Origin: a virus
IMG/VR virus record: IMGVR_UViG_3300005590_000001
Span: 64,001 to 128,000 of that record
DNA length: 64,000 nt
Direction: 5' to 3' (one strand)
Shown here: in pieces, positions 44,950 to 56,000 of the stretch
Layout of the letters: every line of letters begins with the position of its first letter
Position numbering within the stretch: the stretch's first letter is position 1
Translations under genes and position numbers: made by a program
The notes under the pieces: model-generated
Seen by the model: only the letters and a program-made list of their open reading frames with translations
Told to the model about the DNA's origin: nothing
Database searches by the model: none

Positions 44950-47900
44950 ATGGCTGCCGATTTTAACCTGCAGGGTGAAATTCAGATTCAACTAGCTAAG
45001 AATGCTGGTAATAAACTCAAACAAGAAATTCAGGGTTTAGAAGCTGAAATTAATTTGGGCGATAAAAGTATTGACTCACTGGTCAAGAAAATTAAAGCAA
45101 TTAAAAAAGTACCGGTGTCTTTACGGGTTTCGAACCAAGCGACATATGATAAGAATTTTGCACCTAAAACGGTTAAGGTTAAATTAGAACTCTTAAATTC
45201 TGAATTAGTTAGTAGTAAGGCAATTAAAGCCGCCGTTTCTAAAAATGCAAAATCGGTAGCCAAAACAACTTCTGATATTCTCAGGGAGAATGGTAAGGGC
45301 GCTGCAGCAGCGTTACGTCAGGATCTTGAAAGAGAATATCCTAGAATGCGTAAATTGTTGGAGCGTATTTTTGATTTAGGATCACAACCTGAAAGTAAGT
45401 TCTTTAAAACTATTCAAAATCAAGTTTTGGACTTACAAAAAACACTTGGTAAAGATGCTGGAATCGGAGATCTTGTCGATAGTTTAGTAAATCGATTTAA
45501 GGGCTTTGATTCTCGTTCTACCAGTAATCTCGTCAAAGGGTTAGAATCTGTTTATCGCGCTTTTGGTCAACTAGATCGATTGGAAAAAGACTTTCAGGGT
45601 CTCAATCTTGTAAATCCTGAAATAGATAAGGCCCGCGAGCAGATTTTCAATTTATTAAATTCTGTGGATGCTGGTAATCTAACTGCTTTAGAAACAAATG
45701 TTAAAAATGCGATAAAACCATTACGCGACGGACTTACTCAAGCTGTTCGCGATGCTAGAAGCTTTGATACTTTATTGAGTGGTTTAAAGCAACGTCGTAC
45801 AAATCTCATTGTTGCTGGTCAAGGCGCCAATTCTTCAGCCATCAGTCAAATTGATCAACAGATCAAAACCGTCCAAAAATTACAAACGGCTGGTAAAACT
45901 TTTGGTCAAGCTAGAGACAGCGATAGTTTCCGCGAAGCTTTTGCAAATGCCAAAGAAGCTCAAAGAGTTACTGATGAGGGTCGTAGAGCGTTAGAGGCTT
46001 TACGTAAATATGAAATTGATTTTAAATCATCTGATTTGATTGATTCAGAAGCGGCGCAAATCTTGCAAGCTGGTTCTCGTATTACAAAAGCTTTTGCTCG
46101 TAGTGAAAAAGCGATTGCAGATGCTAAAAAGAATTTTGCAGGCGCCAATGTTACTGAGCTACGTCAAAAGGGTGCGGCAGAATTACGGCAGATTCCTCAA
46201 TCTGTAGAGAAGTTACAAGGTGTTTTAGATACTATTGATATTTTAGGTAACGACCTAATTCAAAAGGGTATTGACCCAGCTATTATCGGCGTAGATGAAT
46301 TTCGTGCTAAGCTTGTAAATCTAGCTAAGTCTGATGCTCCATTAAATAAGATTACTAAAGAACTAAGCTTTATGCAAAATGAGCTTAAGGCTAGCGAACG
46401 TAGCTTTCGTAATATGGAAAGCTTACTAATCAATATTGACCGTATTGGTGAAACTGCTTTTCAAAGCTTTGCTGGCGGTAAAGACTTTTCTGGAGTTGTT
46501 CCGGCGCTAGAAGCTGCTAAAAAGAATATTCAATCTGGACTTAATAAAAGCGAAAGAGAGCTTAAGGCTCAATTTAACAAAGATGTCATTAATGTTCGAG
46601 ATAGAGAAAAGCTTAACACGTTAATCAATAACAATATATTTGGATTTCAAGATGCGGCAGCTGGTGGACGTCCAGATCAAAGAGGTGCTTTTGAACGAGT
46701 AGAGCGTGATTTTCGTTCTTTTGTAGATCAGGTTGTTTCTGGTGGTGAGCCAGTACGCCGACAATATACTAAGATTAAAGATGCGTTAAAACAGTTCAAT
46801 GCTGAAGCTGTAATTCTTAAAGAAGGTGGCTTTCTTAATGCTTTCGCAAAATCTACTGGTATTGCCGTTAAACGGTTAAGCGCCTTCTTAGTTTTTGGTC
46901 CAGCTCTATATTCTTTGCAATCTGGTTTATTGAGAACATTTAGTGCAGCTTTATCACTTGAAACACAATTTGCCAAAGTTGAACAAATTCTCAGTAAGAA
47001 TGTTTCTTTGACCGGTTCTGCTAGTTCAGAAACAGCAAGATTAACAGATTTTGTTTTCAACTTATCAAAATCATATGGCGTTGCTTCATCAGAAATTGCA
47101 CAAACTACTAAACTTATTGCACAAACTGGTAAGAGTGGTAGGGAATTAGAGCAAATTCTTACTGCCTTGACTAAGAGTGCATTAGGTCCTACTTTTGCCG
47201 ATATTAATCAAACCGGTGAAGCGGCTATCGCAATTCTGAATCAGTTCAGTATTAAAGGTGAAAAATTAGAAGAGGTACTCGGTGGCATTGCACGAGTCTC
47301 TGGATCTTTTGCTGTTGAAGCAGAAGGTATTGCTACTGCTGTACGTAAAGCTGGTGGTGCTTTTTCTGCAGCGTCACCCGGCGATGGCACTGGAGTCTTT
47401 GGTGAATTTGTTTCGGCGTTTACGGTTATTAAAGAGCAAACACGAGAAGCTGACGAGGCGATTGCTACTGGTCTTCGTAATATTTCTATTAGATTACAAC
47501 GTGGTAGCATTCAAAAATTCTTAAAAAAGGAACTCAATGTTGATCTGGTAAAAGGTGGTCAATTTATTGGTATTGATGCTTCAATTAAAGCTATTGGTGA
47601 ATCCTTACGTAAATTAAATATTGAGGCGGGCAGTCCAGTCTTTTCTAATATCATTGAAAAAATTGCTGGTGCAAGACAGTTTGCTAGATTGCAACCGTTG
47701 ATTTTAGGTTATGAACGGCTTGATGAAGTACAAAGGGTGTATGCTGAGGGAGCTAAGGGTGAATTAGATAAAGATGTTGGAATTGCTCTGGAAACAACCG
47801 CTTCCAAACTAACGCGGCTTTCTGAAACTTTTCAAGAATTTGCCAATTCTGTAATTAACACAACGGCATTCAAAATTCTAGTAGATGGATTTACTGGCGT

Positions 47901-50900
47901 AGCAAAAATATTAACTAATATTATCAGCCTTGTCAATAGTTTACCCGGACAAGTTCTTACTGGTATATTAGCCCTTAAAGCTTTATCTTCTCAACGCACA
48001 AAGATTCTTAGTGACATCTTTTTACGCGGTCTTGGGAGTCCTAGAGAAGGATCTTTTGCTATTCCGGGTAGAAATAGTGGGGGAATCATTCCCGGTGGTG
48101 GTCCAGATAAAGATAGTGTACTGACATATCTTACAAAGGGTGAATATGTTATTCCTCGTAAGTCGGTAAAGAAATATGGTGTTGATTTTCTTGATGCTTT
48201 AAGGCGTGGAGTTATCCCATCATATAATGTTGGTGGTGAAGTCGGCAAACAAGCGGTTCAATCTAGTTTCCAGCGACCAAATACTGGAATCGTTGGTGAT
48301 ATTAAAGCTCTACGCAGTATTTTACGTACGTTCCTTAGTTCTTTTAAAGACTTACCGCCAGAAGTTGCTGAAATGGTCAAGGCTGTACGTGTTAGAACCA
48401 TTTCTGAAAAACAACAATTTAAAATTAAAACTGGTGATAATAGAACAGTAACACGGTCTGGATCTCAATTAGCTGGTGTTGCATCTAAAACTGGTAAAAC
48501 TGTATATTTAAATCCTAAAACAGCTACTGGATTTACACCTTTACACGAAGGTGGACATATTATTGATCGTGCTTTAGGTGCTTCAACCGGTCGATCTGGA
48601 ACAGCTAGCTCGCAAAAAGATACTTTTCAACATAAAGTCGCAACAGAAATTCGTAAATCTTATATTGCGGCAGGTAAAACTTCCAAGTATAGATTGACTC
48701 AAGAAGAAATTTTTGCAGATGTTTTGGCAAAAACAACAGATGAAGCTAAACAAATTCTTACTAATACTACAGATGTAAAAACTGGATCCGCCCAACTTGC
48801 TGAATTATTCACAAAGTTAGGTGATGGGCCTATTACTGGGTTAGCTGATTTGAATGCTAGTAATTTTGGCGGAGGAGCAAAACCACCAAGTAAACCACCA
48901 ACTGGGGGAGGTCCACCATCATTCCCTAATGATCCAAATGATCCTAATAATCGTAGATCTAATGCAATTGCAAGAGCGAATGCTCGAAGACAAAGACAGG
49001 CAGCGGGAGGAGGAGGTTTGCCTCCATCTCCTCCTAATAATAAATTATTAGGAACTGGACAAAAGTTATCAAATGTATTTAGTAAATTAACACAGACTGG
49101 ATATGGTAGAATAGCAGTGGGCGGCGCCCTTATTGCCTCAATGGGTGCTCTTGCATCTACCTCAGATGATACCAAAGATTCATTTTATAAAATGACTTCA
49201 ATTATAACTGAAACTTTGGGAGCTATTGCATTAGTTAATTTTCTTTTAAAAACTGAATTTGTCAAAGGCGCATTAGCAAAAGTTGCTGGTCCAAAATTAG
49301 CAAAATCTATACCACTATTGGCAACCGGTGCTATTATAGCTTATCAGGGTTTAAAATTAGTTAGTGAAATTGCAAAACAAAGAGCAGAAGCAGATTTGAA
49401 AGCTGCTACATCCGCGGGAGAGTTTGCGAATGCTTTAGCAAGGATACAGACTTATGATCTTGGAAATGTTACTAGTGGGTTTGGTGATGCTATATTGTCT
49501 ACTTTTCAGAAAAAAGGATTTTTTGGTGGTTTCGGTAGTTTACTCAAAACACCATTCGGCGACTCTGATATTGATAAACAATTTAGAAAAAATCTCATTC
49601 CGCCCGGAACTGGATTACGCGCTGTTGGCGATTTTAATATTAGAGAAGTAGAGCGTATTTTAGAACAAAGACAAGCTGCCGGAGTTACTGGCGGTATAGG
49701 TGTCGGTGTTGAATCAAAAGTTTTCGGTACTATTGCTACTCTTCCAGAATTAATTAAAGATTTAAGAGCTTCTGGTAATCTAGATGCTAATCGAGAAGGT
49801 TTTAGGGATCAAGCTAATCAATTAAGTGCTATTCTTAAAAAACTAAGTGCAGAAGATTTTGATAGAATTAGTACTAATTTAAAAAACATTGGATTTGACT
49901 CTGCCACTATTTTTAAAGAACTTGGTATAGATATTTTAAAAGAAGCAAATATCGCTCGTGCGTTTGATAGTGTTGGAGCTTTTCTTGATAATTTAGAAAA
50001 GGTAGCCCAAGGAGCCAATGCTCGTTTGACTGGTCTAGATGCAAACCTTCAACAAATTTTAAATGCGAATGAAGGCAAGGCTTCAGTTGCTGCTGGATTC
50101 TTTGATAATGCCAAAAGAGGTTTTGGAGCAAGTCCAGAAGTTGTGCAATCTTTACGAGACGTTGCGACAGTTGATCCAAATTTAGCAAAAGCTGCACAAG
50201 CAGAAATTCAAAATGCTTTCTCAGCCAGAACTCTTTCTAGACAAGTTTCCTCTAACCAAATTAATGTTAACGAAGCGAAAGATATTGATACGTTGATTGA
50301 AGGTTTGCGGCAACGTTTTGGTAATTTGGGAGGATCTGGAGAAGTCTTTGAAACTTTCTTACGTAGTCAGCAAACTCAATTAGAAGAGGCGTTGGTTGGG
50401 GGTAGTTTTGACCCTAAGAAAATTAATGATGTAATTGAATCATTCATAAATGATTTGGATAAAGGTAACACTGATGCCGTAGCTAAATGGAAGTCTACGC
50501 AACAAAGTTATCTTGACAGTTTAACAGATTTAACCAATCAAAGATTAGAACTTGAACAAAAAATAATTGGTAGATTAAATAAAGGTGTAGACTTACAACA
50601 ACAATCTTTAGAATTTAGAAGACGGGCTAGAGGTCAGACTGGTCCATTAAGTGCTCAGCAAGCTGCTGGTTTTCAAAATCAACAATTGAATAATCTTTTG
50701 TTAGGCACCGGTATCCAAGATACCAGTGTTGCAGGATTGAGTAAGTCTTTACGTTCTACAGATGAAAGTATTGCAGGATTGCGTGGCGTGCGCAATAGTC
50801 AAAATGATATTGCTAAGCAACAAGGTATTCGTGAGAAAATAGTTAGTGCTTTAGAATATATTGCTGACGGTGGAACAACCTTTGAAAGTGCTATGGAAAG

Positions 50901-51600
50901 ATTTAATAAGGCGGCAGAAAAAGCAGCAGCTTCATCTGATAGATTGACCAATGCTATGACTGGCACTGATGCCCAATTTATTGAAACAATTAAAGCACAA
51001 GCGGCATTTAATCAAGTTACGTCTGCTAGTTCACCAGAACAAGCTAGAGCTTTACTGCTTGGATTTGGCGACGAGGTTCGTGCTGGAGTCGGTCAAATAG
51101 CCGGATCTTCCACAGAGAATAAAGAACTTTTACAATCTTCTCTTGGAACTTCTCCACTTGCGGCTGCTTCTCCTGAAGCTAAGGCTGTACAAGAAGAATT
51201 TAAGAAACGGCAAGAAGCTAATAATGTTCTCATTGGATCTCAAGCAAGTTTGATTGAGTCAAATAATAAGTTGTCAAATACTATTGAACGATCCTATCAA
51301 CTACAAACGAATATGGTGAATCAATTTGCTCAAGCTGCAGATAAAGCAGCTCAAGCTTTCGCGAATATCCCGAATGAAGTCAATCATAATTTTAATGTTG
51401 GTCCGATCGTAATGCGTTTTGAGGGAGCCGCTGCTCTCAACAATCTGAACGAAGCCGTTGGAACTCTTGTTGAGGGGCAAATTAATGAAGCGATCAATAA
51501 CTTTGGGAATGATTTACAAAGACAAAATAAAGGTATCAAAGTTTCTGCGGCTCAACAAAAACAACGTGGTGCTAATGCGGGTAAATTTGGACAAGCATAA
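44950..51600 (+). CDS. tape measure protein (TP901-type core) with embedded HExxH metallopeptidase-like domain
   Basis: 2216 aa, helical Ala-rich; core IATGLRNISIRL..IAGARQFARL; GGIIPG...DSV..LT.GEYVI; HEGGH..D at 48544 and EEIFAD. Confidence 0.9.
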   Translation: MAADFNLQGEIQIQLAKNAGNKLKQEIQGLEAEINLGDKSIDSLVKKIKAIKKVPVSLRVSNQATYDKNFAPKTVKVKLELLNSELVSSKAIKAAVSKNAKSVAKTTSDILRENGKGAAAALRQDLEREYPRMRKLLERIFDLGSQPESKFFKTIQNQVLDLQKTLGKDAGIGDLVDSLVNRFKGFDSRSTSNLVKGLESVYRAFGQLDRLEKDFQGLNLVNPEIDKAREQIFNLLNSVDAGNLTALETNVKNAIKPLRDGLTQAVRDARSFDTLLSGLKQRRTNLIVAGQGANSSAISQIDQQIKTVQKLQTAGKTFGQARDSDSFREAFANAKEAQRVTDEGRRALEALRKYEIDFKSSDLIDSEAAQILQAGSRITKAFARSEKAIADAKKNFAGANVTELRQKGAAELRQIPQSVEKLQGVLDTIDILGNDLIQKGIDPAIIGVDEFRAKLVNLAKSDAPLNKITKELSFMQNELKASERSFRNMESLLINIDRIGETAFQSFAGGKDFSGVVPALEAAKKNIQSGLNKSERELKAQFNKDVINVRDREKLNTLINNNIFGFQDAAAGGRPDQRGAFERVERDFRSFVDQVVSGGEPVRRQYTKIKDALKQFNAEAVILKEGGFLNAFAKSTGIAVKRLSAFLVFGPALYSLQSGLLRTFSAALSLETQFAKVEQILSKNVSLTGSASSETARLTDFVFNLSKSYGVASSEIAQTTKLIAQTGKSGRELEQILTALTKSALGPTFADINQTGEAAIAILNQFSIKGEKLEEVLGGIARVSGSFAVEAEGIATAVRKAGGAFSAASPGDGTGVFGEFVSAFTVIKEQTREADEAIATGLRNISIRLQRGSIQKFLKKELNVDLVKGGQFIGIDASIKAIGESLRKLNIEAGSPVFSNIIEKIAGARQFARLQPLILGYERLDEVQRVYAEGAKGELDKDVGIALETTASKLTRLSETFQEFANSVINTTAFKILVDGFTGVAKILTNIISLVNSLPGQVLTGILALKALSSQRTKILSDIFLRGLGSPREGSFAIPGRNSGGIIPGGGPDKDSVLTYLTKGEYVIPRKSVKKYGVDFLDALRRGVIPSYNVGGEVGKQAVQSSFQRPNTGIVGDIKALRSILRTFLSSFKDLPPEVAEMVKAVRVRTISEKQQFKIKTGDNRTVTRSGSQLAGVASKTGKTVYLNPKTATGFTPLHEGGHIIDRALGASTGRSGTASSQKDTFQHKVATEIRKSYIAAGKTSKYRLTQEEIFADVLAKTTDEAKQILTNTTDVKTGSAQLAELFTKLGDGPITGLADLNASNFGGGAKPPSKPPTGGGPPSFPNDPNDPNNRRSNAIARANARRQRQAAGGGGLPPSPPNNKLLGTGQKLSNVFSKLTQTGYGRIAVGGALIASMGALASTSDDTKDSFYKMTSIITETLGAIALVNFLLKTEFVKGALAKVAGPKLAKSIPLLATGAIIAYQGLKLVSEIAKQRAEADLKAATSAGEFANALARIQTYDLGNVTSGFGDAILSTFQKKGFFGGFGSLLKTPFGDSDIDKQFRKNLIPPGTGLRAVGDFNIREVERILEQRQAAGVTGGIGVGVESKVFGTIATLPELIKDLRASGNLDANREGFRDQANQLSAILKKLSAEDFDRISTNLKNIGFDSATIFKELGIDILKEANIARAFDSVGAFLDNLEKVAQGANARLTGLDANLQQILNANEGKASVAAGFFDNAKRGFGASPEVVQSLRDVATVDPNLAKAAQAEIQNAFSARTLSRQVSSNQINVNEAKDIDTLIEGLRQRFGNLGGSGEVFETFLRSQQTQLEEALVGGSFDPKKINDVIESFINDLDKGNTDAVAKWKSTQQSYLDSLTDLTNQRLELEQKIIGRLNKGVDLQQQSLEFRRRARGQTGPLSAQQAAGFQNQQLNNLLLGTGIQDTSVAGLSKSLRSTDESIAGLRGVRNSQNDIAKQQGIREKIVSALEYIADGGTTFESAMERFNKAAEKAAASSDRLTNAMTGTDAQFIETIKAQAAFNQVTSASSPEQARALLLGFGDEVRAGVGQIAGSSTENKELLQSSLGTSPLAAASPEAKAVQEEFKKRQEANNVLIGSQASLIESNNKLSNTIERSYQLQTNMVNQFAQAADKAAQAFANIPNEVNHNFNVGPIVMRFEGAAALNNLNEAVGTLVEGQINEAINNFGNDLQRQNKGIKVSAAQQKQRGANAGKFGQA

Positions 51601-53057
51601 TGTCAAGCAAAGTAACTTACAATAATAAATATTTAGAACCTGTTCAATCAGTTGCTATCAGCGTAGATCCATCGAGAACCGATGCTGGTGTGCGGTATAA
51701 TAGTCGTTATAATATAACGATTAGTGGTACCATTTTGGCATATAAAGGATCGCCTACTACCAGCGGAACATTTGGTGCGTTTGGCCCAGATGTTTGCGAA
51801 ACTATCGGCGAAAATGAATATGCCGATGCCATTATGGCAAAAAGATGTGCTATTGAATCTTTGTTTAATGAAGACAACAAACAGCTGTATCTTGGAACAG
51901 AAACTGGCGGAAACCCGCTAACCTGTTATCCAAGACTAATTAATTTTACACTTGCAGATTCTACCAATCCTGTTTATGCTCCTTATACTATTGAGTTAGA
52001 AGCAGACACTGTCTATTGTGGCAATTCTTCTATTGATCCAACTGGAGATAGCTGTGTAAGAAGTTACAGCGAAACTTGGGATATTGAATTTGACGATTCT
52101 TTAAAACTTAATTATTATGGTGATAATCGAGTTTTCAGAATAACTCATACCGTGAGTGCTGAGGGTGGCGTAGTTGCTGATAGCGGCGGGAATATTCTAG
52201 ATCCGCTTGATTGTGCGCGAAACTTCGTGTGTAATCGTATCGCCGATAACGCTTTGGTCCCCGATAATTGCATGCCGGATTTTACTGGATGTCCGACCAA
52301 ATTAAACTACGTGGACGTTCACAATATAGATGCGATCGCCGGATCGTATTCAGTTACTGAATCTTGGGTTTGTTCTTCCTCAAATTATGTAGATAATTAC
52401 ACGGTTGAACTTACACAAGATAATAAAGCATCCTGTCCGACTGTTTCCGTTAACGGCGAAGTGACAGGATTTGATACAAGAGTGAGCGGCGTAGTAGCGT
52501 CTGGAGACAGTGCTTATTCCCGTGCCGTCACCTATTTTAATAGTATTGATTCATCTGGAATTCTAAGTCGTGCCGAAGCATATACTAATTTAGATCTGGA
52601 TGACAATTATGTTTCTCGTTCTGTAAGTCTCAATCCATTTGTTGGCACTGTGGGCTACCAATACACATTTAAGAGACGTCCGATCAAACGTATTCCGAGT
52701 GCTACTTGGGAAAATATTACTCTGACTAATAATTGGGGTGAGGAAACACACTCTATTGCTAATATTTTAGGACAAGGTGAAATTATTCAAAAACTTGGTT
52801 CCGTAAAAGTATTAAAACGTAGTTTAAACATTGAAGCAACGTTCCCATGCGGAACTGGATTTCCAATTGATGGACCAAGATTTCACTCTACATATGCTAC
52901 AGATTTACAGAATGTGGTGGACTTGTATGATCCTTATAATAGATCTGGCTATGATGTTGTAGCGGTTGAATCTCAAAATGAGAATTGGGCTGAAGCAGAC
53001 GGTAGTTATACATATAGTGTTTCTTGGGTTATGCAACCTACAGGGATTTGCGTATAA
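51600..53057 (+). CDS. distal tail/hub protein
   Basis: Directly after the tape measure gene; repeated beta-rich modules. Confidence 0.55.
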   Translation: MSSKVTYNNKYLEPVQSVAISVDPSRTDAGVRYNSRYNITISGTILAYKGSPTTSGTFGAFGPDVCETIGENEYADAIMAKRCAIESLFNEDNKQLYLGTETGGNPLTCYPRLINFTLADSTNPVYAPYTIELEADTVYCGNSSIDPTGDSCVRSYSETWDIEFDDSLKLNYYGDNRVFRITHTVSAEGGVVADSGGNILDPLDCARNFVCNRIADNALVPDNCMPDFTGCPTKLNYVDVHNIDAIAGSYSVTESWVCSSSNYVDNYTVELTQDNKASCPTVSVNGEVTGFDTRVSGVVASGDSAYSRAVTYFNSIDSSGILSRAEAYTNLDLDDNYVSRSVSLNPFVGTVGYQYTFKRRPIKRIPSATWENITLTNNWGEETHSIANILGQGEIIQKLGSVKVLKRSLNIEATFPCGTGFPIDGPRFHSTYATDLQNVVDLYDPYNRSGYDVVAVESQNENWAEADGSYTYSVSWVMQPTGICV

Positions 53058-56000
53058 TGGCTACATATTTAGGATCTCATATTGAATCTTTTGATTGCAA
53101 CATGGGTTGGGGCAACGCTGAAAGTTCTGTTGATGTTACATTAGTAGACTGTGTTGGTGATGGATTATCATTTTCGGCAGGTACTATTGGCGGGCCAACA
53201 AGATTTATTTATGGTAGCTTTGATTACTTTGGTATTTTAGAAAAGTATAATACTGAAGAAAATAGTGGTGCTTACGCCAAACATAGTGCAAATATTAGTA
53301 ATGGTCTTGATATTATCAATGGTGTTGAAATCATTATTAATGATTATTATGGTAGTGTCAATAGTGTACCTAATTTACTTAATGTCTTTGGATACTTAGA
53401 AGATAGTGGTGGTTTTGGCGGTAGTGAAATTAATGATGCTGGTATGCCTTGGAAAGCCATTAGAGCTGGCGTAGAAGGAATTGTAAACAGTCCAGCTACT
53501 GGTAATTTTGGAAATGGAATTACTTATAAGGGATATAGATACAAGATTGATCTTAATGACCTGCCATCGGCTCTTCCATCATATTACAGATTTAACGGCG
53601 ACAGTATTACTCTTACTGACTTCATTGATGAGTGTTGTCTTGCTGGCGGTGCAGATTACTTTATCAGTATGGAACCAGCTACTGTTGCAGATTCTGGTAA
53701 TTTTGTTGGAATTTTTAAAGTCAATACTGTTGATAGAACTACAGAAGCCACAACTGGAAACATCGCAAGTTATATCGGCAGTAATTGTATTTCTGAACGA
53801 GAGTATGGTTTGGAAATGCGCAAAGCAACTAATGGTAAATTTGTTGTTGGGCCTCCGGTCGATCGTGTGTGGTTTGTGCTTCCAACTACCAGTGGTAATA
53901 ATGATCCCACCGGAGGAATTACACAGAGTGAATATAGTAATGATACTGTGTTGCCATACTTTGGATTAGACGGTGATGGTAACTATATTGTTGGTTACGG
54001 CCCATCTGGGGATACGAATGAATATTACTTCGATATAGATATTAAAGATGCTGGATATCCGCAGGTTACTTCTTATACTACGTGCTTGGGTGAATTACGC
54101 GCTGCTAAAAAGGGCCGACTTTCTTGGGAGGGTTACTTAGCAAAACGTAATATGAATCGTTATATTATTAATCCGACTGGTCTACAGACTGAATTTTTTG
54201 AATCTCATGCTGGACCGTCTGGCTTTGCCTTCTCAAGCTATAATGGCGTAGATACTTTTGCAATTCCTAAATATGGTTATGAACAAGCCTTTCACCAAAA
54301 GGGTAGAGCTTACGCCCACACGCACTATCCAACTAGTTCTGGTAGAGTACTAACTTATAATCATGACGGAGTACCCAATCCCTACTTTCTTAGAGCAACA
54401 GCTCTAGGATTACCAGATGCTTTTGGAATCGCAGCGGCTAGAATGCTTGAGGGTGATCTTTACACTAAAGCCTCTACTTCTTCATTTTTTGCTAAAGTAT
54501 ATACTGAATTTAAAAATACACTTGGCGTCGGAAATGAGTTTTTACAGCAAGCTTTAAGACCTAGTGATGCTAGGAATGCTAGTAAATTTGAAGATTTCAC
54601 TAATGGTAATATCGGCGATAAAACTTTAATTATTTATCGTAAGATTAAAGATTTGGCCGATAATTATTATAATCGACGATTTATGGTTTCTGCACCATTT
54701 ACCGTTGGTGCCGTTCAACCAGAATCTTATAATATCCGAACAAGTAATGAACCTACAGATCTAGGATATATAGATGAGTCTCAATGGTCTTCTGCTTATA
54801 GCAATGGTTTAATCCCTGATATCTCTGGAATTGCCACGATTACTTCTGCCGATAATAGATTTCATCCATATGTCAAATATGAAAATGCACTAATAGTTAG
54901 TACTGGAACTGGTATTGTATCCGGCCCATATGACTTTTCTGATATAAGTAGTGAAAGTAAAATCGCTAGTGTGCCAGTTACAGCATCTGGATTTATATAC
55001 TACGATATATTCATTCGATGCAGTACTTTCCCGAATATGGTTTATCAAGACACAACAACATTATTAAACCCGCGGGTAGTCATTGAAATGCCGGGCGCAG
55101 TCAAACCTATTGAGAATGTTCAATCTTATGCTAAATCCTTCTTTAATTTAATGGATGAACGCGGGAATGGAGTCGGTGGTGCTTTTGAAAATGATGCTAG
55201 CGTGAACAACGAATTCATTCAAAAAAGATTAGATAAGGTTGGTGCTGATAAAATCCAGTTTCATGATGGTGAAGAGTTCCATTATGCCGATCTTTATGCT
55301 GTACCCCTCCGCAGTAATTTATTGAGTTACGGCCCTTGGTACGCGGTTGGTGCAGATGGCGGTGTACGTTATGAGAAAAACGCAGAATTAACACCGTGGA
55401 ATTATGGTGGTTACACTGCATTGAATACTGCTGGTAATGCGAGAGCTTCTCAAGAAGTGACAAATCAAACCTTTGAAGAGGCTGGATCTGTTACTATAAT
55501 GGGTTCTCCGTTACTGAAACCGGGTGACCAATTAATAGTTAATGGACCCTATATAACAGATATGAGTGTTCGCACGTCTGATGATGGAATTCAAACTACT
55601 TACAGGATGCAATCTTGGTCTGCGCATAGAGCAATTGACAAATTACGAAGTCATAATAATCGGCGGTTACAAAGATTCATCCGTCAATCTTATCAATCTC
55701 AAAGAATTTACAGAGAAGGATTGAAAAGTGGAAGATTCTCCAATGCGGTAGATTTTATTAGCGGCTTAGCTAACAAGTTTACTAGTTTAGATGAGTACGG
55801 ACAAAGGAACAAACCTAGCACTTCTCATAACTTAATTGGCGGACAATTTAATGGTATGAAATCTGAAGTTGCCATACAACCCTTTTATAATGTTTCTGCT
55901 CAATTAAGTAGTGATTATTTTGACAAAGCATTTATGACTCTTGATGGATTATATCGTCCAGTTTCTACCGTTGAACATACTGGAATGAATTATTTTCAAA

